Part shown: piece after piece, positions 13,473 to 26,239 of the stretch | How positions within the stretch are numbered: the stretch's first letter is position 1 | Layout: each line of letters starts with the position of its first letter | Source: Mobula hypostoma | Taxonomy: Eukaryota | Length of the DNA stretch: 64,000 bases | Direction: 5' to 3' | Assembly (NCBI RefSeq): GCF_963921235.1 | Contig: NC_086097.1 | Location: forward strand, 225,682,001 to 225,746,000 | The notes under the pieces: generated by a model | The model's input: only the letters and a program-made list of their open reading frames with translations | What the model was told of the DNA's origin: nothing | Database searches by the model: none | Translations under genes and position numbers: made by a program

Positions 13473-14075
13473 GAAGATCATTATTAATGCCTCCACAATC
13501 TCTTCAGCCACCTTTTTCAGAACCCTGGGGTGTAAATCATCTGGTCCAGGTGACTTATCTACCTTCAGGTTTTTCAGTTTTCCAAGAACCTTTTCTCTAC
13601 TAATTGTAACTTCTCTTGTTAGCCACAGTTATGTCATCTTGCCTTTAAAATACTTCTTCCTTTTTGGGATGTATATATCCTGTGCCTTCCAATTGCTAGA
13701 AATTTCAGCCATTGCTGCTCTGCTATCATCCCTAATGTCCCGGACCCTGTCACCTGGGAGGCAACAAACCATCTGGAATCTTGTTCTCGCCCTCAGAACT
13801 TCCTGTACATTCCACCAGCTTACAAATCCCTTATTACCACAATGTGCCTCTTCTCCCTTCTTCGCAGAGCTGGACTCAGTGCCAGAGACCCGACCACTGT
13901 GACTTTCTTCTGTGAGGTCAAGCTCCCCAAAACGTATCCAAAGTGATATACCTGTTATTCAATGCTGCAGCTGGATGTACCTTGCAGTTTTAGTCATTGG
14001 GGACACTGTAGGTCTCCTTGCCGTCCTTCCTCCCACAAGAGGAAAATTCAGTTATCCTGCCTGGCGTCTCTACTG
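13473..14075 (-). mobile_element. Continuation of the interrupted CR1, followed by a CR1 ORF1 (esterase region) relic
   Basis: Reverse strand reads KVDKSPGPDDLHPRVLKKVAEEIVEALIMIF, joining the sequence before 10189; ~13740-14040 resembles CR1 ORF1 'MVCCLPGDRVRD'. Confidence 0.75.
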
Positions 14076-15320
14076 ACATAAAATAAGATAAGTAGTGCAA
14101 AAACAGAAATAAAAATAAAAAATAGTGAGCTAATGTTCATGGTTTAATGTCCATTTAGAAATCGGATTGCAGAGGGGAGGAAGTCGTTCCTGAATCACTG
14201 AGTGAGTGCCCTTATGCTTGTGTACCTCCTTCCTGCCGGTAACAATGAGAATAGGGTATTCTGGGTTCCGGGTGGTTTAGAGTCCTTAATGATGGATGTC
14301 GCCTTCCTGAGGCACTGCTCCTTGAAGGTGCCTTGGGTACTATGGAGGCTAGTACCCATGATGGAGCTGACTAATTTTGCAACTCTCTTATCTCTCTGCA
14401 GCTTACTACAATCCTGTGCAGTAGACCCCCATATCAGATGCTGAAGCAGCAAATCAGAATGCTCTCCACAGTACATCTGTAGATGGCTTTTATGTCTTAG
14501 ATCCTCAGAGATCTTGACACCTGGGAACTTGAAATAACTCACTCACTCCACTTCTGATCTCTGTATAAGGATGGGTTTGTATTCCCTCATCTTACCCTTC
14601 CTGAACTCCACAGTCAGCTCTTTTGTCTTACTGATATTGAGTGCCAGGTTGTTGCTGCGACACCACTCAACTAGCTGGTATATCTCTCTCCTGTACGCTT
14701 TCTCATCTCTATCTGAGATACTACCAACAATGGTTGTATCAACAGCAAGTTTACAGATGGTATTTGAGCTATTCCTAGCCACACAGTCATGGGTATAGAA
14801 GGAGTAGAACAGTGGATTAAACACATAACCCTGAAGTTGTGCCAGTGTTGATCATCAGCAAGGAGGAGATATTATCACTAATCTGCACAGATTGTGGTCT
14901 TCTGGTTAGGAATTCGAGGATCCAATTGCAGAGGGAGGTCCAGAGGCTCAGGTTCTGTAGCCTATCAGTTAGGACCGTGAGAATGATAGTGACACTGAGC
15001 TATATTCAATGAACAGAATCCTGGCATAAGTGTTGGTATTGTGCAGGTGATCTAAAGCAGTGTGAAGAGCCATTGAGATTGCATTGTGGCAATAGGCAAA
15101 TTGCAGTGGGTCCTGGACCTTGCCGAGGCAGGAGTTCATTCTAGCCATGACCAACCTCTCAAAGCATTTCATCACTGTAGATGTGAGTGCTACTGGGCGA
15201 TAGTCATTAAGGCAACTCACACTACTCTTCTTAGGCACAGACATAATTCTTGCCTTTTTGAAGCAGGTGGGAACTTCCAACCATAGCAGTGAGAGGTTGA
15301 AAATGTCCTTGAATACTCCA
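14075..15320 (-). mobile_element. Rex1/Babar-type LINE fragment (RT to 3' end)
   Basis: ORFs on - read [43 protein letters not shown] and LLPAGRRY. Confidence 0.9.
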
Positions 15321-15456
15321 TTCTAACAACTAACCTTGTTTTTTGGAACAATCTAAGGTAATTCATCTTGCATTTCTCATGGACTAGTTCTGCATGAAAA
15401 TTGTGGAGATATTCTTCTGCTTGTAAAAATGAATGAAACAAATAGAATAGTTCCTT

Positions 15457-15586
15457 ACAAGGAAATCTGCAGATGCTGGAAATTCAAGCAACACACACAA
15501 AATGCTGGTGGAACGCAGCAGGTCAGGCAGCATCTACAGGAAGAGGTACAGTCGACGTTTCGGGCCGAGACCCTTTGTCAGGACTC
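15457..15586 (-). mobile_element. Short Penelope-derived terminal element with hammerhead-like motif
   Basis: Same terminal sequence as 3104-3246 and 34190-34325; - strand reads AGTC CTGACAA AGGGTCTCGGCCC GAAA CGTC GACT (one core substitution). No TSD evident. Confidence 0.85.
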
Positions 15587-16119
15587 AATATCGCCTTGAT
15601 TACTTTTGTTGCTGAGATCAGCATGTAGGGGTTAGGATCTTCAGGGGTAGCTTTTGGAAATTTGACCCCTGATAAGATCAATGCTGCTGAAGAAGCACGT
15701 TTCAGTATGATGTTGGAATTGTCTCCAATGGGAAACTTCCAATGTAAGTTAGCTGGTAGAATCACATACTACAATGAAAAGTATCACAGGCCAAAGCTGT
15801 CTTTCATTCAGTTTTGATTGACTGGCTTAATTAAACCAATGGCAATGTTATATTTTCCATCGTTCTAAGTCTTGTCTCCAATCTGTTTCCTTAGCGACAG
15901 AAAGCCGAGTGGGGCAGAGATTCTTCATGCAATCCTCTGAGACAGCTCAGCATCGCTTTCGGCCTCTGCCATGTGAGATTACCTCCCAGAAAGGAAAACA
16001 AAACTGAATTTCCAAACTTCTGAATCAGTCTGAGCTGTAGTAGGCAGCAATAAATGTTCTCGCTATTTTTGGAATAATACTTTTACATAATGGAAGCGAA
16101 TAGTTTGATATGAAACAAG

Positions 16120-17570
16120 GCTGTTCAGTCTGAAGTGGAGTAGATCACCCATCGAAACCTCCTCCTGAAACACACTCATCTCAGGAGCCAGTCTTCAGCC
16201 AATACAATTCACTTTGTATGATATCAAAAAATGATGGAGAACACAGGATGCCAAAAGGTAATGGGAACAGACAATATTGCACCTACACTATTGATGATCT
16301 GCACTCTACAAATTGCTGCTCTCAGGCAAAGCTCTTCCAGTACAGTTATAACATAGACATATAGCCAAAGAGTCACAGAACACTACAGCACTGTAACAGG
16401 CCCTTCAGTCAATCTACTCCATACTGAACCCTTATTCTACTCAGTCCCATCAATGTCTGAGAAATTTCCTAGTGAACCCTGTTCTCGGAAGGTAAGACAG
16501 ATCCGATCTGACTAACACCAACTAATCAGTCTAATTCAATTATCATCAAGGTGGTCAGGGTGGTCGTCAGCAGTCCTATTAAGCAGCGTTTGCTCACCAG
16601 CACCTTCCAATGCCTGTTTGGATTTTGCCAGGACCTCTCAGCGCCAGGCCTCATCACAGCCTTGATCCAGAGGTGGACAAGGCTGATGAATGAGAGGTGA
16701 GGTGAGAGCGTCTACTCTTGACATCAGTACAGCATTTGACCCAGTATGATAACAAGGCACGCTGGTAAAACTGCAGTCAATGGGGACCAAAGGGAAAACA
16801 TTCTAGTGGTTAGAATTAAATCTCAAAGCTGGAGTTTCCACGTTGGGGTCCATGGACCCCTCGGTTAATGGCAGGGGTCCATACCTTAAAAAAGTTTGGG
16901 AGCCACTGCCTCAAAAAAAAAGCTAATATTTGAGAAGATTGGAGGTAAATCTTCCATTTCCTAGGTTGTCACTGCAGAGGTTCCTGAGGCCAGTGTCCAT
17001 CTTCAGCTGCGGCATCAGTGACCTTTTCATGTATCATCAGAAGTAAGAATGTTTGCTGATGTTATATTTCATATAGTTTATATATGTTATATACTATAAC
17101 GGGGTTATATTTCAGATATAATGCCTTAGTGACCTTTGGATACAGGTAGGTTTAAAACAAAATGCTTATCACCACCCTCAAGGGCACTCAAGGGTAGGCA
17201 ATAAACACTGGACTTGCCAGTGATGCCAATCCCAAAAACATTTAACAAGTGGCTGTTTCATTGGTACTCCATACACATCAGACATTTATTCTGTCTACCT
17301 TCTAACACATTGTGTATCGCATCAATAGAATGCAGTCCTGTCACTCATCTCGGCTACTACAACAATAACCCTCAAGCCCGCAGTCTCCACCACAGAGGTT
17401 TAAGGGTTTTAGGCATATTGCTACTCTACGGCTTTGCAGATTCCCTTCCAGATCAAACACTGCTCCTTTGTCCTCACTAGATCTGCACTTGTAACCTTCA
17501 CCAGCACTGCAGTGGTTCCAAAAGCCAGCTTGCCACCATCTTCTTAAGGTAATTAGGAATGAATATTAAA
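16120..17570 (+). mobile_element. Old, highly decayed LINE RT relic (CR1/L2 group)
   Basis: Residual motifs resembling K.MG.DNI (~16255), GEVRA..LDI..AFD.V (~16695-16745) and MFAD (~17049); many indels; contains nested small inserts. Confidence 0.55.
16829..16908. mobile_element. Small hAT/Charlie-like MITE
   Basis: Imperfect terminal inverted repeats CTGGAGTTTCCA... / ...TTGGGAGCCACTG; candidate 8-bp TSD TCTCAAAG (16821-28) / CCTCAAAA (16909-16); internal palindrome GGGGTCCATGGACCCC. Confidence 0.55.
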
Positions 17571-17669
17571 TGCTGGTATTGCTTGCAGAACCCATATTCT
17601 GAAAATAATTGACTAAAAGTAGAATTTGGTCAGCAGTGAAGTGGCAACTCATTTTACTAATTGAGAAGT

Positions 17670-18590
17670 ACCTTAGGATATTTTATCACCTGGGCTTATC
17701 GTACAACAATTCTCTGCATCTTCCAGACCCAGCAACATCCTTTCAAATTTTCTCTGCACTTTTCCAACATTGTTCACATATTTCCAGAATGTAGGTGAGC
17801 AAAACTGCACACAATACTCCAAATTAGGCCTCACCAACATCTCATACAACTTCAATATAACATCCAATATCTAGTACTCAATACATAGATTTATGAAGGC
17901 CAACGTGCTAAATGCTTTCTTTAAATCCTCCCTACCTGTGATGCCACTTATTATGGACCTGTATTCCCAGATCCCTTTATTCTACCACACTCTTCAGTGC
18001 CCTACCGTTCACTGTGTAAGACCTTCCATGGTTGGTCCTATTGAAGTGCAAAACCTTGCACTTATTAAATTCCATCTGCCATTTTTCCAGCTGATGCAGA
18101 TCCCTCTGCAAGCCATGGTAGCCTTCTTCATTGTCCAGTGCACCCCAAATCTTGGTATCATCTGCAAATTTGCTGAAGCACCTTCAATAACTCCAAAAGA
18201 CTGAGGTTGGGTAAAATACTGAAAGGCTTTTATTCGCTGTACAATACGACCTCCATGGTGAGTGTCTGCCCCCGGACTGAGGGGGAGGGACAAGGCAAAA
18301 CACCTTTATACAGGATTCTGTGGGAGGAGCCACAGGGGCAGTCAGCAGAGGGGCGTATCCAGACAGTTATCACAGTTACAACATATATATATGGTTTACC
18401 ACATTTGCTGATCCAGTTAACCACATTATCATCCAGATCATTGATATTTAAGACAAACAACAAGGGATGCAGCACTGATCCCTGCACCACACCACTCGTC
18501 ACAGGCCTCCAGTCAGAGAGGCAAACCTTTATTATCACTCTCTGGCTTCTCCCACAAAGCCAATATATAATCCAATTTACTACCTCACCA
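17670..18590 (-). mobile_element. CR1 LINE RT fragment interrupted by a solo LTR
   Basis: ORFs on - read WRPVTSGV.QGSVL.PLLFV..INDLD...WISK, then [LTR], then FADD, and LVRPNLEYCVQFCSP. Confidence 0.9.
18174..18403 (-). mobile_element. Solo LTR (230 bp) of an LTR retrotransposon
   Basis: On - it starts TGTGG and ends TTCA (TG...CA), contains TATAAA (18305-10) then AATAAA (18229-34), and has a perfect 5-bp TSD TTTGC at 18169-73 and 18404-08. Confidence 0.9.
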
Positions 18591-18591
18591 T

Positions 18592-20330
18592 TTAACACCA
18601 TCATTCCCACAATCCTGCTCAATACGTTACAGAACCTGGGCCTCTGTACCTCCCTCTGCAATCAGACCACAGTCTGTGAGGATTATTGATAATATCTGCT
18701 CCTCATTAACGATCAACACTGGTGCACCTCAGGGGAGTATGTTTAGCCCACTGCTCTACTCGCTCTATACCGATGACTGTGTGGCTAGGTGTAGCTCAAA
18801 CACCATCCATAAATTTGCTGATGATACACCATTATTGAGAGAATCTCAGATGGAGATGAGATGGTGTACAACAGTGAGATATACCAACTAGTTGAGTGGT
18901 GTCGCAGCAACAAGTTTGTACTCAATGTCACTAAGATGAAAGAGCTGATTGTGGGGTTCAGGAAGGGTAAGATGAGGGAACATGAATCCATCCTCATAGA
19001 GGGATCAGAAGTGGAGAAAGTGAGCAATTTTAACTTCCTGTGTCAATATCTCTGAGGATCTAATCTGGTCCCAACATATTCCAACTATAAAGAAGGCAAA
19101 ACAATGGCTATATTTCATTAGGAGTTTGAAGAGATTTGGCTTGTCAATTAAAACACTCAAAGACTTCTATAGATGTATTATGGAGAGCATTCTGACAGGC
19201 TGCATCACTGTCTGATGTAGGGGGATAGAGGCTGTCGCACAGGATTGAAAGAAGCTACAGAAAGTCGTGAAATTAGTCAGCTCCATTTTGGGTACTAGCC
19301 TCTGTAGTGTCTAAGACATCTTCAAGGAGTGATGTCTCAGAAAGGCAACGTCAATTATTAAAGATTCCCATCACCCAGGGCATGCCTTCTTCTCATTGTT
19401 AACATCGTTGTTAAAATCATTATTCTCCTCTGCCGTATGATTCCTAAATGGACATTGAACTCATGAACACTATCTCACTTTTTAAAAATTATTAGATTAG
19501 ATTAGTTTATGAGGACATGCAGTCCTCTTTTATTGTCATTTAATAATGCATGCATTAAGAAATGATAAATGTTCCTCTGGTGTGATATCACAGAAACACA
19601 AGACAGACCAAGACTGAAAAACTGACAAAACCCACATAATTATAGCATATAGTTACAACAGTGCAAGCAATACCGTAACTTGATGAAGAATAGGCCATGG
19701 GCGTGGTAAAAAAAAGTACAAAGTCTCTCGAAAGTCCCATCATCTCACGCAGATGGGAGAAGGAAGAAAACTCTCTTCCTGCCATGAGCTTCCAGCGCTG
19801 CAAACTTATCGATGCAGCATCCTGGAAGCACCTGACCACAGTCTGACTCTGATTCGTCTGAAAACTTCGAGCCAGCCCTCTGACACCGAGCACCAAGCAT
19901 CACCTCTGCCGAGTGCTTCAACCCCAACCCCGGCCGCCAGCAACAGGCAAAGCCGAGGATTTGGGGCCTTCCCTCCAGAGATTCTCGATCGCACAGTGCA
20001 GTGATCCGGGCATTTTCAGAAGTTTCTCCAGATGTTCCTCTGTGCTTCTTACATCTGTCTCCATCAAATCAGAATTGTGCATGGTCTCTATTTAACAAAT
20101 ACAATATCATTTCACCAGAGAGGCTGCGCGTGCTGCATCGTGCCGCCATCTTCTCCTCCCGTTTATTATTTCTGTTTTTGCACGATTTTAATCTATTCAA
20201 TATGCAGGCATATACTCACACTATAATTGATTAACCTTTTTTTCTTTTTGTATTATCATGTGTTGCATTGTACTGCTGCTGCCAAGTTAACAAATTTCAT
20301 GACACATGCCAGTAATAATAAACTTGATTA
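18592..20330 (+). mobile_element. Rex1/Babar-type LINE 3' half, with a nested insert at 19491-20160
   Basis: INTGAPQGSMFSPLLYSLYTDDC..KFADD and LVEWCRSN..LNVTKMKEL; 3' UTR ends with AATAAA near 20316. Confidence 0.9.
19491..20160 (-). mobile_element. Non-coding LINE-mobilised element (SINE-like), same family as 53435-54043
   Basis: About 670 bp, GC/CpG-rich 5' half, no TE protein motifs; on - it ends ACAATAAA..GGACTGC.TGTCCTCATAA + (CTAAT)n and begins GGGAGGAGAAGATGGCGGC. Confidence 0.75.
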
Positions 20331-20428
20331 CAATTCATCTTGAATGCCAAAGAAGTGAACCTTCTTGACTAATTTCCAATGTGGGACCTTGTCAAATGCA
20401 TTCAAGTCGATGTACATAATATTCACTT

Positions 20429-20982
20429 TCATAGAAACATAGAAAACATAGAAAATAGGTGCAGGAGTAGGCCATTCGGCCCTTCGAGCCTGCACCGCCA
20501 TTTATTATGATCATGGCTGATCATCCAACTCAGAACCCCGCCCCAGCCTTCCCTCCATACCCCCTGACCCCCGTAGCCACAAGGGCCATATCTAACTCCC
20601 TCTTAAATATAGCCAATGAACTGGCCACAACTGTTTCCTGTGGCAGAGAATTCCTGAGATTCACCACTCTCTGTGTGAAGAAGTTTTTCCTAATCTCGGT
20701 CTTAAAAGGCTTCCCCTCTATCCTCAAACTGTGGCCCCTCGTTCTGGACTTCCCCAACATCGGGAACAATCTTCCTGCATCTAGCCTGTCTAATCCCTTT
20801 AGGATCTTATACGTTTCAATCAGATCCCCCCTCAATCTTCTAAATTCCAACGAGTACAAGCCCAGTTCATCCAGTCTTTCTTCATATGAAAGTCCTGCCA
20901 TCCCAGGAATCAATCTGGTGAACCTTCTTTGTACTCCCTCCATGGCAAAGATGTCTTTCCTCAGATTAGGGGACCAAAACTG
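20429..20982 (-). mobile_element. Young CR1 3' end, same family as 57968-60862
   Basis: ORF 20530..21021 is nearly identical to the last ~150 aa of the 929-aa ORF; same 3' UTR and (TTTCTATG)n tail. Confidence 0.95.
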
Positions 20983-21054
20983 GTAACTTCCTTGAAAAAC
21001 ACTATAAGATTGGTTGGACATGAGCTACCACACAGGAAAACATGATAACTATTC

Positions 21055-21320
21055 CAAGGCCTTCCATCCCATCAGACTCCCCCTTCTCCAGCCTCGTATC
21101 CTTTTCGCCAATCAACTTCCCAGCTTTTGGCTTCATTCCTCCCTCTCCTATCTTCTCCTATCATTTCGGGTCTCCCTCTCCCCCTCCCACTTTTAAATCT
21201 CTTACTATCTCTTTTTTCCGTTAGTCCTGATGAAGGGTCTCGACCCGAAACGTCAACTGTATTTCCTCCTATAGATGCTGCCTGGCCTGCTGCATTCCAC
21301 CAGCATTTTGTGTGTGTTGC
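21055..21320 (+). mobile_element. Penelope-derived 3' terminal fragment with candidate 10-bp TSD
   Basis: Pyrimidine-rich PLE 3' region plus terminal motif; flanked by ATAACTATTC (21045-54) and ATAGCTATTC (21321-30). Confidence 0.85.
21223..21258 (+). ncRNA. Minimal type I hammerhead ribozyme motif (core intact, helix mismatches)
   Basis: AGTC-CTGATGA-AGGGTCTCGACCC-GAAA-CGTC-AACT. Confidence 0.65.
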
Positions 21321-21389
21321 ATAGCTATTCTTAATCTGTCTATGTATATCCAAATATTTATATATCCAGTCCATTAGAATCCCTTCCAA

Positions 21390-22285
21390 TAATTTTCCAA
21401 CAACTTTCTTTTCAATCTTTTTATTAATTTCATAGAATGAAAACATAACATAACAATATTACAAATAGTAGGAGATACATTGTTACAGTTAAAATAAATA
21501 ATTATAAGACCAAATAGTATAAATTGACAAAACTCCCAATCATGTAGAATAGGAATGAATAATACAAAGCAAAAAAAAAACTGAAAAAAAAACATAAAAA
21601 AGAAAAAAAAACCCTATCCCAAAAAAAAACTAAACTAAACAGAATTAGTCAACTAAACTAAAGACTTCGGCAGTACTAACAACTTAAAAATGGGAAAGAA
21701 GAAAACCTTAATGTCGACAACTCCGCTCCTCTCAACCAGCAGTACAGAGAGATAAAACAAGTTTGGAAATGGCCAACTTACATCAAATGAAAATGCTGAA
21801 TAAATAGTCTCCAATTTTTTTCAAATTTATTGGAAGGGTCATAAACCACACTTCTAATTTTTTCCAAATTCAAACACACCATAGTTTGTGAAAACCAATG
21901 GAATACAGTAGGAGGGTTAATCTCTTTCCAATTCAGCAAAATAGATCTTCTAGCCATTAGAGTAAGAAATGCAATCATCCTACGTGCTGAAGAGGTTAGA
22001 TAACTTGAATCTATCATTGGTAATCCAAAGATAGCAGTGATTGGGTGAGGTAATAAGTCTATATTCAAAACCGTTGAAATAATGAGAAAAATATCTTTCC
22101 AATATTTTTCGAACAAAGGACATGACCAAACATGTGAGTTAAAGAAGCTATCTCGCAATGACATCTATCACATATTGGGTTAATGTAAGAGTAGTAACGA
22201 GATAGTTTATCTTTGGACATATGGGCCCTGTGCACTACTTTAACCTGTATCAACACATATAGAGGATAACTTAACCAATTGAAGA
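21390..22285 (-). mobile_element. L1/Tx1-clade LINE 3' end
   Basis: KVVHRAH...CDRCHCEIASLTHMF..C (CCHC knuckle) and ARRSILLNWK..PPTV..W; T-rich 3' UTR (A-rich on +). Confidence 0.9.
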
Positions 22286-22289
22286 ATTT

Positions 22290-24060
22290 TTTCCCATTTC
22301 CCAACAGCTGATGTCAGACTCTCTGGCCTATAATTTCCTGGTTTATGTTTAGAGACTTTTTTTAAACAGTGGACCCATCTTTCCATCCTTTGTTATCTCT
22401 CCTGTTGCTAAGGATGCTTTAAATAACTCTGCTAGGGTCCTGGCAATTTCTGTACTTGCCTCCTGCATAGTTCGAGGGAACACCTTAATTGGACCTGGTG
22501 ATTTATCCACACTGATTTGCCTCAGGGTAGCAAACACCTCCTCCTCGGTGATCTGTGCAGGGACAATGAAGCTGAGCTTTGCCTCACTTTTATAGACTCT
22601 GTATCCATCTCCCAAGTAAATACAGATGTGAAGAATTCATTTAAGATCTCACCCACATGTTTCGGATCCACACATGGATTATCATTCTGGTCTTCCAGAA
22701 GACCCATTTTTTTCCCTTGCAATTCTTTTGATCTTAACATACCTGTAGAATCCCTGAGGATTATCCTTCACCTTCTCTGGTAGGGCAACTTCATCCCTTT
22801 TTTTAATCCCCCTAACTTCTTTCTTAAGTGGTTTCTTGTGTTTCTTATACTCCATAAGCACCTCATTTGTTCCTACCTGCCTGTACACCTCCTTTTTTCT
22901 CTTAACCAAGGCCTGAATATCTCTTGAACACCAAGATTCTCTACACTTGTTATCTTTACCTTTTATTCTGACCGGCACATCCAAGCTTTGTGCTCTCAAA
23001 ATTTCATTTTGAAGGCTTCCCACTTTCCAGGCACACCTTTGTCAGAAAATAGTCTGTCCCAATCCACACTTCCCAGATCATTTCTGCTACCTTCAAAACT
23101 GGCCTTTCTGCAATTTAGAATCTCAACCATTAATGTAGAGGATGAGATCATCCCAAATGTTTAAAATTATTACAGGACCTGACATCGTAGATGTTCCTTT
23201 CAAAGTTCAAAGTTCAAAGTGAGCTTGTTATCAAAGTATCTACAGTCATAGCATCATTGAGAAATACAGCACAGAAACATCTAGTCTTTGCCTAAACTTT
23301 TTAAACTACCTACTCCCATCAACTTAACCTGGGATCATAGCCCTCCATACCGCTCCCATCCATGTACCTATCCAAAGTTCTCTTAAACTTTGAAATCAAG
23401 CTCACATGCACCACTTGTGCTGGCAGCTCATTCGACACTCTCACGACCCTCTAAGTGAAGAAGCTTCCCCTCATATCCCTCTAAACTGCTCACCTTTCAC
23501 CCTTAACCCGTGACCTCTGGTGTAGTCCCACCCAACCTCAGTGGAGAAACTTCTGTCACCTGCCTTGCCTCATTCTCTAATAGCAGATCCAGTACCATAC
23601 ACTCTCTCATTGGGACCTCTATGTATGATGAAAGAAACTTTCATGAACACATTTGACAAACTCGATCCCATCTAGTCATTTTACAATAAGAGATTCCCAG
23701 TCAATATGTGGAAAGTCAAAATCACCTACTATAACAAACTTACGTTTCTTGCAACAGTTTGTGACCTTTTTACAAATATGTTCCTCTAAATCCCTATGAT
23801 TGTTGGATGGCTGTAATATAGCCCTATTGACATGGTCACACCTTCCTGATTTCTCAGTTTCTCACTAGTCAAGTTCTCCAGTCTGTTCTGACTGAGCACT
23901 GCCATGACATTTGCCCTGACTAGAAACAACTTCAATCTCTCCCACTCTGTCATGGTTAAATCATCAGAATCCTGGAATACAGAGCTGCCAGTCCTGACTC
24001 TCCTGCAACCAGGTCTTACTAATGGAAACAATATCATAAGTCCACATGTTGATCCATGCC
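22290..24060 (-). mobile_element. Cluster of degenerate CR1 fragments
   Basis: ORFs on - read VDKSPGP..FPR, GEILNEFFTSVFT, NPQGFYRYVK and YDIVSISKTWL; a CR1 3' end lies at ~23245-23550. Confidence 0.8.
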
Positions 24061-24074
24061 ATGAGCTCATCGTA

Positions 24075-25785
24075 AACAACCCTGAGGTTTGTTTTCTTGC
24101 TGATATACTCATTAAATCCAAGTGCCATAATAGAATCAATGAAAGGATGCTTCCAACAGGATGGACAATCAACCAATGTGCAAAAGACAACTAACTGCAA
24201 ATATGAGAGGAAAAATAAATAAATAAATAAATAAATAAACAAACAATAAATATCAAGAGCATGAGATGGAGAATCCTTGAAGGTGAGTCGTTTGGTTCAA
24301 GTTTGAGGGATAATAACTGTTCCTGAACCTCGTAGTGTGAGTTCTGAGGCTCCTGAACCTTCTTGCTGATGGCAGCAGCGAGAAGAGAGGATGACATTGC
24401 TGCTGGGGTCTATGTTGATGGATGCTGCCTTCGTGCAACAGTGCGACATGTAGGTGTGCTCAATGGAGGGGGGTCTTTACCCGTGATGGACTGGACCGTA
24501 TCCTCTACTTTTTGTCAGAACTTCCATTCAAGCATATTGGTGTTTCCACACCAGGTTGTGATGAAGTCAATATACTCCCCGCCACATATCTATAGAAGTT
24601 TCTCAACATATTAGATGTCACACCAAATCTTTTCAAACTCCTAAGGAAGTAGAGGAGCTGCCATGCTTTCTTTGTAATTGTACTTATGCGCTAAACCCAG
24701 GACAGGTTCTCTGAAATAACACCGTGGAATGTAAGGTTGCTGACCCTCCCCAACCTTTGATCCCCCAATGAAGACTAGATCACGGACCTCCAGCTTCCTC
24801 CTCCTGAAGTCAATAATCAGCTGACACTGAGTGAGAGGACATTGCTGTGGCACCACTCAGCCAGATTTTCAATCTCCCTCCTATATGCTACTCCACTGCC
24901 AAAGACAGTGATGTCTTCGTCAAACTTAAATATGGCATTGGAACTGTGCTTAGCCACAGTCATAAGTGTAAAGTGAGTACAGCAGGGGGCTAAGAACATG
25001 GCCTTGTGATGCTCTTGTGCTGATGGATATTATGGAGGAAATGTTGCCAATCCGAACAGACTGGGGTCTGGGTGAGGAAACACTTCATCACTGTGGACGT
25101 AAGTGCTACTGGATGATAGTCATTGAGGCAAATTATCAACATTCTTCTTAGGCACCAGTATTTTGTTGAGGCTTGCTTGAATCAACTGGGTTCCTCAGAC
25201 TGCCAAAGCGAGAGGATAAGTATATTCATGACAACTCCAGCCAGTTGATCAACACACGTCTTTAGTATTTGGCCAGGTACCCCATCAGGGCTGGATGCTT
25301 TCCAGGGGTTCACCCGCTCACATCTTCCTCAGAAACAGAAATCACAAGATCCTTGGGGGCTGTGGGAGTTTGTAAAGGTTTCTCCATGTTTTAATTTCAA
25401 AGTGAGCATAGAAGGCATTGAGGTCATCTGGAAGCAAAGCCCTGTTGACACCTAAGTCACTTAATTTCTTTTTGTAAGAGGTGATAGTATCCAAGCCCTG
25501 CCAGCATCTTTCATTGATTCAAGTAGAGTCCACAATTGCCACTTCACCTATGTGAAGGCTTTCTGGAGATAGCACCTGGATCTGTTGTATGTTACTTAGT
25601 CTTTCCAAGTAAGATACTTGTCTTGGTCACCAGACATGAATGCCTCTGACATGGTCCTTAATGGATAACCTGTGAATTTCCTGCTTCATCCATGGTTTCT
25701 GGTTGGGGAAAATTCTAAGAAATTCTCTGGGGACACACTTGTCTACAACTGTTTTTTTTTTATGAAGTTTGTGACAATCGACTAA
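24075..25785 (-). mobile_element. Degenerate Rex1/Babar-type LINE
   Basis: SLLPSARRFRSLRTHTTRFRNSYYP and AKHSSNAIFKFDED..EIENLAEWC; (AAAT)n microsatellite in its 3' UTR at ~24213-24251. Confidence 0.85.
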
Positions 25786-25799
25786 TTCAGGCTGCTCCG

Positions 25800-26110
25800 A
25801 AGATCCAGATCAGAATTTTGGTTTGGAACGCTGTTGTTGTTGCTTGCTTCTAATGTTTGCATGATTTGTTTTTTTTTTTCCCTCTCTTTCTCTGTGCACA
25901 TCAGGAGTTGGTCTTTATTTTTTTGTTGGGTTCTTTCAGGCTTCTTGCTTTGCGGCCACCTGTAAGCAAACAATTCAAGGTTGTACAATTTATACATTCT
26001 TTGATAATAAATGTGCTATGAATCTTTGAAGTGACTGCAAGAAAATGGATTTCAAGGTAGCATGTGGTGACATGTTCATACTTTGATAATAAACTTACTC
26101 TGACTTTGAT
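25800..26110 (+). mobile_element. Rex/L2-type 3' end fragments (SINE-like)
   Basis: Two tandem ends 'TTTGATAATAAA..(CTTTGA)' matching the reverse-complement tails at 1355 and 55405. Confidence 0.55.
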
Positions 26111-26239
26111 GATGTTGGCAAAATATGTTAACACATCCTATACCATATTCTGTGTACTCTTTAAAGTTAAATCAACAAACTCATAAAAATTATGGCAAAA
26201 GATAATGAAACCCAATTCATTAAACTATTCTGTTTGTTG

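Noticed and set aside
15629..15749. Candidate exon GLGSSGVAFGNLTPDKINAAEEARFSMMLELSPMGNFQ ending at a GTAAGT donor
   Set aside because: Weak acceptor, unrecognised peptide, and the opposite strand is also open; not supportable without RNA data.
21540..21665. A-rich tract with AAACT repeats as a satellite or telomere-like array
   Set aside because: It is the T-rich 3' UTR of the minus-strand L1/Tx1 fragment.
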